Below, piece after piece: positions 28,546-42,599 of a stretch of 64,000 nucleotides of DNA (its first letter is position 1; each line of letters opens with the position of its first letter). The notes beneath the pieces are model-generated. The model worked only from the letters and a program-made list of their open reading frames with translations. It had not been told where the DNA came from and searched no databases. This DNA is from Eledone cirrhosa. Lineage: Eukaryota. Both the position numbers and the translations under genes were made by a program. Location of the stretch: assembly GCA_964016885.1 (NCBI GenBank), contig OZ024742.1:78368001-78432000 (forward strand), written 5' to 3'.

Positions 28546-30342
28546 ATGTCTAAAATTGACCGCATGTCTGTAGCACGTGTGAACGAAAACGCCACGCTCA
28601 CTAAGGAAGAAGAGAGAAAGAAGCAAGCGGTACAAAGCACTTTGCTTTCCCGCGTCAAAGTTTTAAAAGACATTGTAAAAGGCGAGTAAATACGGGTGCA
28701 AACCCAATTAATTACAACGAAAACACTAACAATGACAAAACCAACACACGAAATGAGAAAGACAACAACAAAAATGAAAATAACTCAAACTACGACAAAC
28801 AGAACAACAAAAAACAGAACAGCTCAAACACCAACAACGTAAACAAAATATCCGTTACACAGACTGCTAAAAAATCAGTCACCTATGTGCTTGAGGATAT
28901 AACAAATGCTAAAGAAATGCTTGAAAAAGCAAAAAAATATGTATCTTTTGGCGAAAATGGATCTTTTTCCATCAATTCGCCCCCAGAACTAAAAAAAACA
29001 GACGGAATTACGAATTGTTGTATTCCGTACAATTGCCAACAAAACAAGAAAACCAGCACAATCATCTCAAGTTGAAATTCAGTTGGTCTTGAAAGAGGCT
29101 ATGAAAGATATAATTTTCATACAAAAGGATTAACTCTATGGGAGTTTATCCATATTGATGAAAGACGAATTGGCGGCGAAAAAATACTCTGTGTCGCCAA
29201 TTGGTTCCACGCATTACACCTTTTTTCCAACCTACATGGGTAAAAAAACTCAAAGAATTTGGATAAGCACGATCACCCCAGACATAGACTACTGGTGGTT
29301 ACTAACCGGTTTCCTCAACTTGGACGAGGACAACCTAATATCAATAGGGAATGCATCCGGCAACGCATTCAGTGGAACGAGCATTGAAGTTCTGACCCAA
29401 ATAAAGCCAGAACGTATCGCCCAAATCCCTGAACGTGTAATGCTGGATGACCGTACCCACCTCAACATTATTGTGGAGGGTAGGCGTCCCTCCTGTTACC
29501 TCTGTGGCGACAGAGGTCACCTGAGGGCTGCCTGTCCCCAGCTCACACCGAAAAAGCCATTGCTACCAACACCCCAACAACAACATCAAAAACAACCAAC
29601 AACAACAACAAAAATAACCATAACAACAACAACAACAACAACACCACAACAACAACAAACACGTGAAAAAACAACACAGAACACTGTCCCACCCAACCCC
29701 TCCCCACCCAAAACAAATAGAAAAACACCCACACCGCAAACACTACCAGAAAACATACCCCTGCCACCCAACAAGGAAGACGAGCCCCTTTCGTCGCAAG
29801 ACGAAAAAGATCCCTTCCAAATAGTAAAAAGAAAGAAGAGGAGGCGCACCACAGACACACTTATTAACATAAATCCTCCCCAAGAGAAAACAAACTATAT
29901 ACAAACCACCCCTACCCTTCACACAACACTAACTGTTCCGCAAAAAAAGACTTTACAATATACATACATGAACACAAACAACAAAGAACTAATGAACACA
30001 ATTTCGTCAAACTCTTCGGTCCAAACTGAAGATCCTAACTTTCTAACTGCTGTGGGACTACCTCATTTAAAAATGATTAAAGTCCCAATTAACTTATTCA
30101 AAACATTGAAAATAAATTCCACGGAGGACGTACCCCCCACCCCCTGCACCAAGCCAATCAACACGTCCTCCTAAAAAAGTTCCCCACCCCCTACCCAGAC
30201 ACCCACTCAACTAAAAAACACCCCAACCCCACAACACACTGATGCCCCTACACTTCTACAAACCACCACCCCACCAAACAACCCATCCTCCACCCTCATG
30301 GAAATTGAGCGGCCCACTCCCCTGACACAGAGAGGTAAGTGC
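28546..30342 (+). pseudogene. Tx1 ORF1 of copy C
   Basis: ORF 29155-30174 with CYLCGDRGHLRAAC knuckle; YVSFGENGSFSINSPP shared with copy B. Confidence 0.8.
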
Positions 30343-30362
30343 CTTTTCTCCTTACCACCAAC

Positions 30363-33300
30363 ATAGCTGTGTTGAAAGTAGGGTGTCTAAATGCGCGTGG
30401 CCTGGGCTCACCTTGGAAGCAAGCAATGCTTCCAAATGACCTCAGGTCACGATCTGTAAATGTGATGGTTATCTGCGAGTCCCGGATCAGCAGCGTGCGA
30501 CAGCTGGCCCCCACCTTTGATGACTTTGAGATGCACGCATCTCTCTGTCAGCCCGGAGTTGGGGGTGGGGTTGTCGTTCTGCTGCAAAAACATCTGGGTC
30601 TCGCGACACAGATAGTTCACTTGGACCCAGGGGGTCGACTGGTGGTGCTGGACCTTGGCAGTGGTGAAGGTGGAGCCTTTAGGCTGGTAGCCACATATGC
30701 CCCTTTTGGGACAGAGCGGCCCGACTTCTTCCAACGTCTGGAGTCTTTTCTAGGGACGTCCCGTTCTCTGCTTTTGGTGGGGGACTGGAATGGTATCCTG
30801 GATGCACGTTGGGACTATACAGGGGCATGTCCCAATAGAGAGGGGTTTAATAGCCTCAAGGAGTTACTCGGCCGATTTGACCTGGCTGATAGATTTCGAC
30901 TAGATTTTCCGACTGTGCCAACATGGTCTTGGACAAACCGCAGCAGTCAATCTAGATCGTACCTTGATAGGTTCTTAGTTAGAAAGGACAGGGACTTTTT
31001 AAGTTGTTCAGAAATGCGCATGGTTGGCTATTCAGACCACAAGTTGGTGACCTGCATGGTCAACATTGATAGAACGCATAGACAGGGTCCCGGTTACTGG
31101 AAGCTGAACATGTCCTTACCAGCAAGTAAAGCTTACAGGGACTGGATTAGTACGTTGGTTAAGGAGTGGTTGACTGGAGCGATCGTCAACAGCAGGTGGT
31201 GGGTATCTCTAAAGAGAGAGATTAGATTAGTCTCGATAGAATTTAGTAAGGTTTTAGCTGCGGATAGGAATAGGAAGGAAAGGGAGCTGACAGATAGAGT
31301 AGAAGAGGCAATTAGAAGCAGTGACGTGGCCAGAGTGCTAGCGTCGAGAACGGCTTTGAGCCAGTTTTTCGACGCGAAGCACGAAGGCTGCGTTGTCCGA
31401 AGTAAAATACGTGCTCTAGGAAACGAGGGGACCAAAGCTGTTAGCTGGGCCCACGTGACAGAAGCCAAGAGTGGAATTAAATCCACCATCCGGTCTTTGC
31501 GAGACCAGGATGGACGGGCGATCCTGGAACCTAAGCAGATGTGTGAGGCCTTTCAAAGGCACTTTGCCCGATTGTTCGGAAGCGGCGAGGAGCCAGTTGG
31601 GGAAGTGGACTTCGGTCCATACCTCGACGGCCTGCCGCGTCTTTCGTGCTGAGCCAATGCGGCAAACGCAAATCCACGGGTCTCGATGGTCTTCCATACG
31701 AACTATATCTAGCTATGCCGGACTTGTTCCCCGATCTCCTCGAGGCGGTCTACTGCAACTGGCAACAGAACGAGAGAATTCCCTGTTCTGTGACCAAGGG
31801 CGTAGTCACGCTAGTGAGGAAGAACGAGAACAAGGGGGAAGAAATAAGTAACTTCAGGCCCATAACTCTGCTAAATCCAGAGTTACAGATTTGGGCCAAG
31901 GTGTTAGCAAAGAGGTTGGCGCTGGTCGTGGGCAACCTGGTGGGAGATGCACAGACATGTGCTATCCCGTCCATGTCCATCCACGACAACCTCCACCTCA
32001 TGCGATACATCATAGAGAGGGTTGGGAATGAACCCAGCTTTGGTGGGGCCCTGATCAACTTGGATCAATCTAAGGCGTTTGATAGGGTCGACCATGGTTA
32101 CCTGGATGCGGTGCTAGCAGCGGCAGGCTTCGGGCCCGTTTTCAGGGGCTGGATCACTGCTATGCACAGCAGCCGCATCTGCTCTAGAGTCAATGTGAAC
32201 GGCTACCTCTCGGAGCCGTTCGAAATCGCGCGGTCCATCAGACAAGGGTGCCCTCTCTCCTCCCTTCTGTATGCATTGACTCTCGAGCCCCTACTGCGGA
32301 AGTTGGAGTTGTTGCAGGGCATCCCTTTGGAACCGGGATTGCGGAAAGCGGTGTCGGCCTACGCCGATGACGTGACAGTAATGGTGTCGACGGCCTCCGA
32401 AATCGGGGCGATCGGCACCTTACTGGAGGAGTACGAAAGGTTTACAGGGGCTAAACTGAACCGGGACAAGTCGATCGGTTTGCAACTCGCCACGTGGTGG
32501 GGAAAACCGATGCCCTCCGATGGCGTCGTCGGACGCTGGACGGAGGGCCCGGTGAAGTTGCAGGTAGAGGAGAACTGGAGTGAGGTTACGAACAGGGTGT
32601 TTGCACTGACCCAGAAGTGGGCCAGTTGCAAACTATCCCTGAAAGGTCGGGCGGAGGTAGCGAACGCCTATATAGCGTCCGTCATCTACTACCGCCTGAC
32701 CGTCGTGCCTTGCCCAAGGGAAACTCTCGCCAAGATGGAGCGCGCACTCTTCCAATTCCTTTGTAGGAAGCGGGCTCCTTTGGTGAGGAGATCCATCTGC
32801 TGTCAACACCCTTCGAAAGGAGGGCTGGGGATGCCGTGGCTAATGATGCGTAAACACGCATTAAGGCTACGGCACCTCCACGTATTCCTCACCGGTCAAC
32901 CGGTATGGGCCCCGTCTGTGAGACGTACCTTTCTCAGACTCGTCTCACTCACCGAGCTGCAATCCTGGGTCAAGCAAAGACCGAGAAAACTGGGCGCCTG
33001 GCACACTGAGTGTGCCTAGGCGCTCACGGCCTGCTGGCAGGAGGACCCGGGTATCAGTGGAGACTCCACCTCGACATTCTATAGAGGGCTGGTATGCAGC
33101 AGGTGCGACGACGCCCTCGGAGAAGCCCTAGACATGGAGGAAAACGAACTGGCCAGCCTGTTTGGTAGGACATTCAGCCCGGGACCTATGGACAACTTCC
33201 AGAAGTCCCTGGCCTGGTAGTGCTACCGAGGGGCTCTACCCGTTCGAGAAAAGCTCCACAGATCGGCTATGTCCGAGATGCGTGCGCGACGAGGAAACCG

Positions 33301-33674
33301 TTGCACACTGCTCGGGCATAGCCGATCTGTGGGGCTATGTCGAACGACTGCTGTCACGGGTGGGACCGATCCGGTTGACCACCGAGGCCATTGTAACGAT
33401 TAAGCCGCCTCCCCACTTCAAAAATGAAGGAACGGCGGTGTTTCTGTGCGTAATAGCCATGGTGAAAGAGGTTGTATGGTGGACGCGTCTGAAAAGACTG
33501 AGGTCAGGCACCTTTCTCTCTGGCCAACAACTGATCCGTTTCTTCCGATATCATTTCGGAAGAAGGATCAGGATGGAGAAAGAGGTGTTCCACCCCAGTC
33601 GTTTTTATGAAAGGTGGGTGAAAGTGGCGAGAATGGCCCGTGTGAATGGGCCTTCTCTCTACATCAGACTGTAG
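30363..33674 (+). pseudogene. Tx1 ORF2 of copy C (APE, RT, zf)
   Basis: ORFs 30339-31652 (APE), 31646-33019 (RT: RQGCPLS, AYADD) and 33162-33674. Confidence 0.93.
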
Positions 33675-33935
33675 GTGGAAAAGATGAAGGAACGAGGGAG
33701 CACCCTCTATGCTCCTGAGGAGAAGGGTTGCACACTTTTTTCGGGGGTGTATGCGACCCCCCAAAATGCCTCCTCCCTATTGAGGACTTTATTGTTAATT
33801 TTATATTTGTTATTTGTTTTATATTTGTTATTTATTTTCTTTACTCGCCTTTTTGTGTTAACTCTCCCCCTTGTATTTGTCCCCTTCTTTTGCGCCCTCA
33901 TGGCAATAAATAGAAATATATCTATCTATCTATCT

Positions 33936-34094
33936 GGAAGAAACCGTCGCGCACTCATTTTTACACTGCCCGGGCGTTACCGACCTGTGGGGCTATGTAG
34001 AAAGACTATTGTCGCGGATGGGACCAATCCAGTTGACCACCGAGTCCATTGTCATAATCAAACCGCCACCCTCCTTCAAAAACGAAGGAGAGGT
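33936..34094 (+). mobile_element. Tx1 fragment D (ORF2 zf region)
   Basis: Matches ~27703-27860 of copy B; starts immediately after (ATCT)4. Confidence 0.85.
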
Positions 34095-34099
34095 GTTTA

Positions 34100-35700
34100 G
34101 AATGACTAAGGAAAGAATTGCAGGGCAGATTTTACGGACAAAACCAGCCAGCAAGAGATCCAGAAGTAAACCACTGCAGGCTGTTTGGATACCACCCATA
34201 AGCTCGGGTAGTCTCTCTTGGAATCTAGTCGAATCATTTGGAGACAATTGCTTCTGAAAGAAACCCTTGAATAGTGTGTCTGAGGAGTCTTCCCTCATGA
34301 ATAAATGAGCTAAGAAAAAGAAGAAATTGTTTAAAGATGAGCCCTCTGATGTAAACAAAAATGTTCGAATCCACAAGCAAAATTGCACGGTAATATCCGA
34401 TAAATTCAGGCTAAAAGTTTCCTTTACATATATATTGTGCTTGTTCTACAGTGTGGTTAGACCCTATTATTCCTATTCTGATAATATTTGCATTATTGTT
34501 TAATCTGTGTTTAGTTTGTGGTATTGGAAATATAGCATTTATGCTTAAAGTCTGATTATGGTTATGGGAATATTGTCATGCCCTTGGTTCTTTCTTTCTA
34601 TTAATGGAATTAGGTGGGTTTGATGTCTCTTTCTAATTGGTGCACTGCTTCCGTGACTAAGTACTGAATCATGGAAGTGTTTTCATAGAATTTTTGTTTG
34701 GATCTTATTTATCGATCTACTGTATTTTTCTCTGGCGTATTGTTGGAGTAAGAATGTTAATATATTTTGTTGTTTACTTTTGCCTATGTCACAGATTTTG
34801 TTTTCGTATGTAAGATGTAAAGATGTTCTTTGATCCTCAATACTATTCATGCAGTATACTACGTCCTTAGTTTTGCTAACAACCTGTCTAGTTTGGTTTG
34901 CTACCGTTACAGCTGTTATCGGGATTGTTAAATCTATGAGTCTATTTGCCCTTGGATGTAAATACAACACTCACCTTGCTTAGTTTCTTATTTTTTCTTT
35001 CTAATCTTCCCCAGGATTTGTTCCGGTATACAGGGCATTCGGATCATTGTTGAAGATTGTGTGAAACATATTTCTGCCTCCTCTGTACACCATGATTTTT
35101 TGTTGTTGTTGTTCGTTATATACAAAGAATTGCACAGGCCGGATGAAATCCTGTATATGTTGCAGCTCACAGAAATGACACACGTGGGATTCCTTTTCAT
35201 CACTTGGTCGACCATAAAGATTTTTATTTTTTACATTTTATGATATAACGGAATTTCATTGGACGAGGTACGTCATAACCTCAGATTTTGCAGAGTGCGA
35301 ATGAAGGAACTGTATTTTGTTGCCTATAGTTTCCAGTCTCAGTTTGAGGTAAAATTCATTCATAACGTCACAGTCTCGATCTCACTTCATTGATTATTGG
35401 GAAAATGTCTTTTAACAACTTCAGATTGACCAAAGCCGTATGAGTGAAATTTGGTAGACGGAAACTGCATGAAAAGCTATCAGGTGGCTTGTACCTATAA
35501 ACATTCCAGCCTTATAACGTTTTACGCTTATTCTGCATGGACATTGTGTTATGGGTACACATATCTGTCGAATATTTAGCTTCTGGTACGTTAATTGAAC
35601 GAATAGGTCATTCAGTTGTTTGACGAATTGAATGCTCAGCGTCAAAACCGACAGAGTATCTATAATTCCTGCCTCATCTACACCATGCATGTGTCCTATC
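34100..35700 (-). pseudogene. Highly decayed Penelope-like relic
   Basis: Weak PLE-like translations (FHTIFNNDPN, YLHPR...TIP, TFLLQQY). Confidence 0.35.
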
Positions 35701-35999
35701 AGTCTTTAATATTTCCAATGTTTTCCCTCATTAATCATGGACTGTTCTATGTTTGAATAAGTGATTATTTTTTACACTGTCACAGGGACGGACACACATT
35801 TATAGAAGAGTTGTGTAGTCGAAGAAATCTATTATTACTTCCCATCATATGTGTCTTTTTATGTTTAAAATTACTAACAATCGGTATTAGGGTTGATAGT
35901 CTAAAGAATCGTCAAATATTGGGGCGATTTAATCGACGATAACCTCCGCTAACATTTGTGATCTTATGCCAGTGTTAGATATCCGTAGTTATTAGCAGA

Positions 36000-37030
36000 G
36001 TGACTATAGTAGAGGATTTTCAGAGGCGGTAGGATTACGAACAAAATGCCTTGCTATAATTAATTCTGTACGTTAATATTCTGTATTCAAATCACAACGA
36101 TTTCCAGTTTGCTTTAGTTCATCCCTATGTCGATAAAACAAGTTTCATTCAAAACTTCAGTCGATATAACTAACTATATCCATACTCTAAATTGAAGCCC
36201 TTGTATCTGTTAATTACAGCACATATGGTTTCCTATTCTAAAATCTTATGTCAAATACAGCGTTGATATAATGAACCTCTCCTCCCCACAAATTTGCTAG
36301 CCTTGTGCCTACGTTTGAAACCATTAAAAGCGAAATTTGAAACGTGATGTAGAAAATACAATACAATATTTAGCTGCAGCACCGAGGTCAACTTTTATTG
36401 TCCTTTCTGTCTAGATAAAATAAACTACCACCCAAATACCGAGATCGATGTCATTGTTTATAAACACTCTCCCCAATCTAGAGGTATTTTGCCTTTTGTA
36501 GAGATCAGTGTTATCATTATTAAAGAGAAGATGACAGAATGAATAAATAGTCAGGTGAAATCTTGATCTCTTGAATAAACAATTGAACAAAAAATGCGAT
36601 AAATTAGTGAGTTCTGCCTGAGGTACAATGTTAGATATTTCTGAGGATTGAATAATCGATTAAATCTACTTTAGCAATAGTCTAGTATTTATGTCATCGA
36701 AAATATATTTAAGCTACGTATTGATTTCTAAAACTGGAAGGAAAGTAGCCGATCATTAGACTGAACCAAATGAACCAAATTTCCGTTGGTCTTACCATTA
36801 CTAATACTATCTGCCGATCACAACTCCTGACAGAAACGTCACCTCTTTTCCGGTGAGAGAAGGTGGCATTTGAACTCAGAACACAAAGCTGGAACAAATG
36901 GACTCATACTTTATTTATCGATTCCTAAATGATGAAAAACAAAGTTGACATCGATGAGATTTGAACATAGTGAGCAGAGAGCCTGAATACAACTGTAGCG
37001 TATCATCAGACGCTCTAACAACACTGCCAA
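36000..37030. mobile_element. Cluster of old degenerate main-family SINEs
   Basis: Diverged GAGGTCAACTTT...GATAAAATAA and TTTGAACTCAGA motifs on both strands. Confidence 0.5.
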
Positions 37031-37384
37031 TTTGCTGCCTAAACTGATATCTGATTTATGGATGATAAACGTCATATTCTCGAACCCGGAGGTTTTGACA
37101 ACATTGGTGAGATATAAACTGAAAATACTGCAAAACAATGGAATCGATCAATTCTACTTTTGCTGTGATCACTATCAGCTCGTTTCCTTGAGCAACCCAT
37201 TATTTCTATATTCAACTAAAGGCTACACTTTTTCTCTTTTTTTTTTATTCTGGAAGGGGTAGGATTTTTTCTTTTGGTTGGCACAGTAAGAGCACTCTGC
37301 TGTGGAATCCATGCCTATGCAAAAAAAGAAGGGATTGAAAGCAGGTCATGGCGTTACAACCTCTCTAGTGTTAGTGATCTACAA

Positions 37385-37810
37385 GATTAACGCCCACAGT
37401 ACACGCTGTAAAGTGGTTCGTGATAGGAAGGGTATACAGCTATAGAACACTTGTCAAACAATGGGTTAAGAGAACCCTTTAGTCGACTCAAGTACATGAG
37501 ACACCCTTGTGTTGATCTACACGATAAATGCACCCAGTACACATTGTAAAGTGGTTGGTGATAGGAAAGGCAATCAGTCGTAGGAATCCTGCCAAACAAA
37601 TGGATAAGAGGACCCCCTCGGGTGTGTCAAAGACATGACAACCTCTCCTGAGCTCTTCATAGAACGTAAAACCGTACGTAAATTAGATGCAAACAGTCCA
37701 GCCTGTCTGGGAGGTCAGTAGCCCCGCTTCAGTATTGACTTGGTCTATGTAGAGCCGTCCAATCCTTACTAGCAGGGAAATCTGACGGTAATCGATGATG
37801 ATGATGATGG
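37385..37810 (+). mobile_element. SINE or RTE 3'-UTR relics with (GAT)n tail
   Basis: Two CAGTACAC.TGTAAAGTGGTT..GATAGGAAG units and a (GAT)n end resemble 50028-50200. Confidence 0.6.
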
Positions 37811-38094
37811 CAAAACTGGATCCTATTTAACCCTTTCGTTACCATATTTCTAATTAGAAACATTACCTATGATATTCAAATCATTTTGAAAATTACGTGA
37901 AGTGATTTAATAGTATAATTAACTTTCTAGTTATCAGGCTTGTGTTTGAAACTAAACAAAATGGTGATAGAATTTGTTTAGATAAATATATACACTTTAA
38001 AAAACAAAGTTTTGTATTGTAGAACCAGAGTAAGTTTCAGGTGGTCGCCATAATATCCACCCAACTCAGTTTCCAATCCAGCACCTATGGACTC

Positions 38095-38730
38095 CTACTT
38101 TATTTATCAATTTCGAAATGATGAAAGACAAAGTTGACGTCGGTGGATTTGAACACAACTGACTACCTTCAGAGAAAGAGGAGAGGAAATGAGTGAAAGG
38201 GAAAGAAAGGGAGGATCAATCCCAGTACAGCAGTTGTACTTCTTTTATAATAACCTCCAAAATAATGATTTCTAGTATAGGCACAAGGCCAGTAACTTGG
38301 GGAGAGGGGAAAGTCGATCAAATTGACCCCAGTACGTTACTGGTGCTTTATTGTATCGACCCCGTAAGGATGAAAGGCAAAGTTAGCCTCTGCAGGATTT
38401 GAACTCAGACCATAAAGGGCCGTAACTCTATGCTGTAAAGCATGGTGTACGACTCTCTACCGATACTGCCACTCCACCGCCTCCAAAATGATGAAAGGCA
38501 AAGCTGATCTCATCGATATTTGAATTCTGAATACTGAGAACTGAAATAAAGTGTTCTGTAGGACGTTCTAATAACTCTGTTAATTCGAAGCGTCAGTCGG
38601 GTAGAAGTATGGTCTTTTAAATCGACCTCACAACTTAAAGTGACCCCGGAAGGATTTGAACTCAAATTTAAAGGGAATGGAAATGAATATTGCAAAGCAT
38701 TTTTACTAACGGTTATTAACCATCCTACCA
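38095..38730 (-). mobile_element. Main-family SINE copies (full copy ~38270-38482 plus fragments)
   Basis: Reverse complement of the SINE consensus including A/B boxes. Confidence 0.75.
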
Positions 38731-39539
38731 ATCAGCAGCCCACACACTTATCAATAATTCATGCTAATAGCTAACTATTTCACAGAATGTTGCTGCCTAA
38801 TCATATGAATTACTGATATGTATTGAATAGTTTTTTTTGTTTCTTTTTTATATATGTTTATATATTTTCTATCTAGTTATATTACGCTTTTAATTATTCA
38901 TTTCCTTATATATATATGTGTGGGGGCGGTATGTATGTATATATATATATATATGTGTGTGTATGTATGCATATATATATATACATATATATCTACATAC
39001 ATATATATATATATATTTATATATATATATATATATATATATTTGTGTGTGTGTATGTTCATTTATATGCATATATTTATGTAAGTTTGTATGGTTATAG
39101 TTTCGGGCAATCCTATAATGTGAATAAACCGACTTATTCCCACAATTTAATTACTTTCACAGTAAGAATACACGCACACATACACATACATATAAATATA
39201 TATATTTGCAGTGTTTTTCGTATAGGGCGAATTCTATAGTGTGAATATATTCCGTTATATGTTACATTGTAAGAACGCACTTTAACATCTTTAACATCTT
39301 TGCCGGGGAGAAAGAACCTACCCATGACCTTCACAGCTCTTTTGAGGCTGGTGAGATCAAATATATTTTATGTTCATACTGTAATGTAGTTAACTTATTT
39401 AAAATATCAATAGAATGGTATAATTCTAGAGAAAATATACACCGATTATTTCATTCCTAGCATCGATTCCTCTTTTCTTTTCATCGCATATAAAATACCT
39501 ACAGACGTGTGTTCATAACTCCCAACAGACTCATATTCC

Positions 39540-40190
39540 ATGAGTGAGGAAGTTGTACTTGTCGATTTCAACATCGCTTCATCGTAGTAAAACTAAAGAA
39601 GGAATGGGCGATCCGTTTACTACTATTTTATAGACGCGGTTGCCAGCCAGCCTGTTGTATATTATATACGAATATAATCGGAAACGTCAAGATCTTGTCA
39701 ATTACTGTAGTGAAAGTGATCCGTTGTTAAACGCTGATAAGGAAGGATGTGCAATGGTTGAGAAAACGCAAGTGTCTATCCTATGTATCATAGATAATCT
39801 CGGAGAAACCTGATGCATGTTTAACCCAATCATTGCAATCTAAAAAAAGCTCTCGGTTTCACCATTGATGATGAAGCTAAGACTACCAAACAGAAGAATA
39901 AAGGTTTCTCTAAGAAAAGCACTCCACGAAGGAAGTTAACATGCAGAATGTTGCCTATGAGATTCGAACATACACCTGCTGTATGCCGCACGAGTTACAC
40001 GAAAGTAAGCTGATAATATGTTTCCGACATGTGTTAGTTCTAGTAAAAGACATTCGCCTAATGTATCCCGCATGACGACTGAACCCGAAAGGATATGGTT
40101 GAGAAGCGAGCTCCTTACACATAGGCATGCCTGTGCCGATGTCATAAACGTCAAATGTGTTTTATTCATATAGAGAAATGATTATGCATA
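39540..40190 (+). pseudogene. Possible decayed DNA-transposon ORF end (Academ-like)
   Basis: Relic translations ...KGFSKK..LTCRMLP..LYAARV..RLNPKGYG*E; weak. Confidence 0.22.
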
Positions 40191-40344
40191 TTAGAAAAGG
40201 TAGTCAAAATGGCATAATTCATTTTTTAAATCATACACCCTGCTCTAAAACGATAAATACTTTCTCGCGTTTTCACAGCGAGGCGTATGACTTAAAAACA
40301 ATACATATACAAACATTAAATGTTATCTCATGAAACGAAAAATA

Positions 40345-40403
<59 letters not shown>

Positions 40404-40611
40404 GTGTACGTATGTGTACCAATTTATAAGCTTGCACATAGTTTTCGTTTCATGAGATAACATTTAATGTCTGTGTATGTATTGTTTTTCAGTCATACGC
40501 CTCGCTGTGAAAACGCGAGAAAGCATTTATCGTTTTAGAGCAGGGTGTATGATTTAAAAAATGAATTATGTCATTTTGACTACCTTTTCTAATATATATA
40601 TATATATATAA

Positions 40612-40666
<55 letters not shown>

Positions 40667-40734
40667 GTGTGTGTGTGTTTATATATATATATGTTTATAT
40701 ATATATATATATATATAGACATATATATATATAA

Positions 40735-40768
<34 letters not shown>

Positions 40769-40970
40769 CTGTGTGTGTGTTTATATATATATATATTAGA
40801 AAAGGTAGTCAAAATGACATAATTCATTTTTTAAATCATACACCCTGCTCTAAAACGATAAATGCTTTCTCGCGTTTTCACAGCGAGGCGTATGACTGAA
40901 AAACAATACATACACAGACATTAAATGTTATCTCATGAAACGAAAACTATGTGCATGCTTATAAATTGGT

Positions 40971-40975
<5 letters not shown>
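40191..40975. repeat. ~160-180 bp module in three copies (+,-,+) separated by TA/CA microsatellites
   Basis: 40191-40350 plus, 40413-40592 minus, 40796-40975 plus. Confidence 0.92.
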
Positions 40976-41034
<59 letters not shown>

Positions 41035-41358
41035 ATACAAGCGTGTGCATGTGTGTATATACATATATACATACACACACTGAGCACAAACGAAACTAGC
41101 AATATTACCGAAAAAAGATAAGACTTTCAAGGTGTGCATGTGATATTGAATGATATTTATTCACATCATTAAAGGAGAAGTTCATTTTAAGATAAGAACT
41201 GTTTTGAATTCAAAAATGCTATCTCGGAATTGCTAATCCTTGTTCTGGAGACTGAGTTCCAAGAAGCCACGAAACCTGCAAAGAAATAACAATAAGAATG
41301 TGAGATCTTCCAGATGAACAGAGATAAGATTGCAGTAAATAATGAAAGTCGAAAATTA

Positions 41359-41390
<32 letters not shown>

Positions 41391-41446
41391 CATATATTTA
41401 TATACATATATTTATATACACATAAATTTATACATACATACATACA

Positions 41447-41482
<36 letters not shown>

Positions 41483-41501
41483 TTATATATATATATCTAT
41501 A

Positions 41502-41580
<79 letters not shown>

Positions 41581-41840
41581 CATATGTACACACACACACA
41601 TATATATAATTAGAAAGCATTGAAAAATGTTATTTTCTGATTAACTTTATTCTCACCATCAGCCATGATATCAATTTTCACCAGGTAATCATTTTTGAGA
41701 GCACGGCTTCGACATATCAACAATACATGAAATTGAAAGAAATTAATAAAAAAAAAACCACTAGGGCAATCTTATGTATATATATATATAATTACAAAAT
41801 AACAGGAGGCTGGACTGATGTAATTCCTTAAAGGTTTATT

Positions 41841-41898
41841 ATACTATGAACATTTCAATGACCGGGTTCAGTATGAATCCGGTGACATCATCAGGTAT
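41841..41898 (-). ncRNA. Hammerhead ribozyme-like motif (atypical base of stem II)
   Basis: Minus strand: ATAC-CTGATGA-TGTCACCGGATTCA TAC TGAACCCGGTCATT-GAAA-TGTTCA-TA-GTAT. Confidence 0.55.
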
Positions 41899-42599
41899 TC
41901 CGAAATTTATCCAACAAAGGAATATAATAGACACAATCCAAGGAGCTGAAAACTGAAAAGCAGAGAGAGATGCCCAAGACGAGAAGGCGGTAAAAAATTA
42001 GCAGTTGCTAGTCCGGGTGGCTGCCTTCAAGTATATATATATAGATATATATATGTTTGTGTGTGTATGTGTGCACTATATACTCACACACACACACACA
42101 TACAGATAAATACCCACTCAAACACACATAAACACCACCCTCATATATATATATACACACAGAAGGAGGTGTCCATTAATCTGGTACTTCGGAGTGGAAC
42201 TGACTTTTGAAGAAAAATTATGTTAAAATTGAAGCAGTCTATTTTCTATACCACCACAACTTGATAAATTGTTGCTTTGTCTGTTATTTGTAAGTAATGA
42301 AAGTAATGTCTTGTTTTCTTTATGCATTTGATTGAGCAATACTTATCACTGATGAAGTCTGAAATCGAACATTCCCACATACAAAAATAAAGACATGAAA
42401 TTGTGTTAGGAAAATACTTGAAATGTTGTTAATCACATGTTAAGCTACCATTCAGATTTCTAGCTCTCCCATAAGTTACATGACAATATATACGAATATA
42501 TACTGAAAAATGATAGATGATCCGAAATACAAAGTTTGAAAGATATTCTACCGTTTATAATTTGCAGCTAATGAAAACAAAAATAATAAATAAGAGAAC

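Larger units (their letters stand above)
28353..33919 (+). mobile_element. Tx1/L1-clade retrotransposon copy C, near full length, disrupted
   Basis: Begins directly after (ATCT)5; ends AATAAA 33905 then (ATCT)4 at 33920-33935. Confidence 0.93.

Noticed and set aside
30339-33674. Copy C as an active autonomous element
   Set aside because: Start codon mutated to ATA, a deletion with frameshift near 31650, and stops at 33017 and 33218
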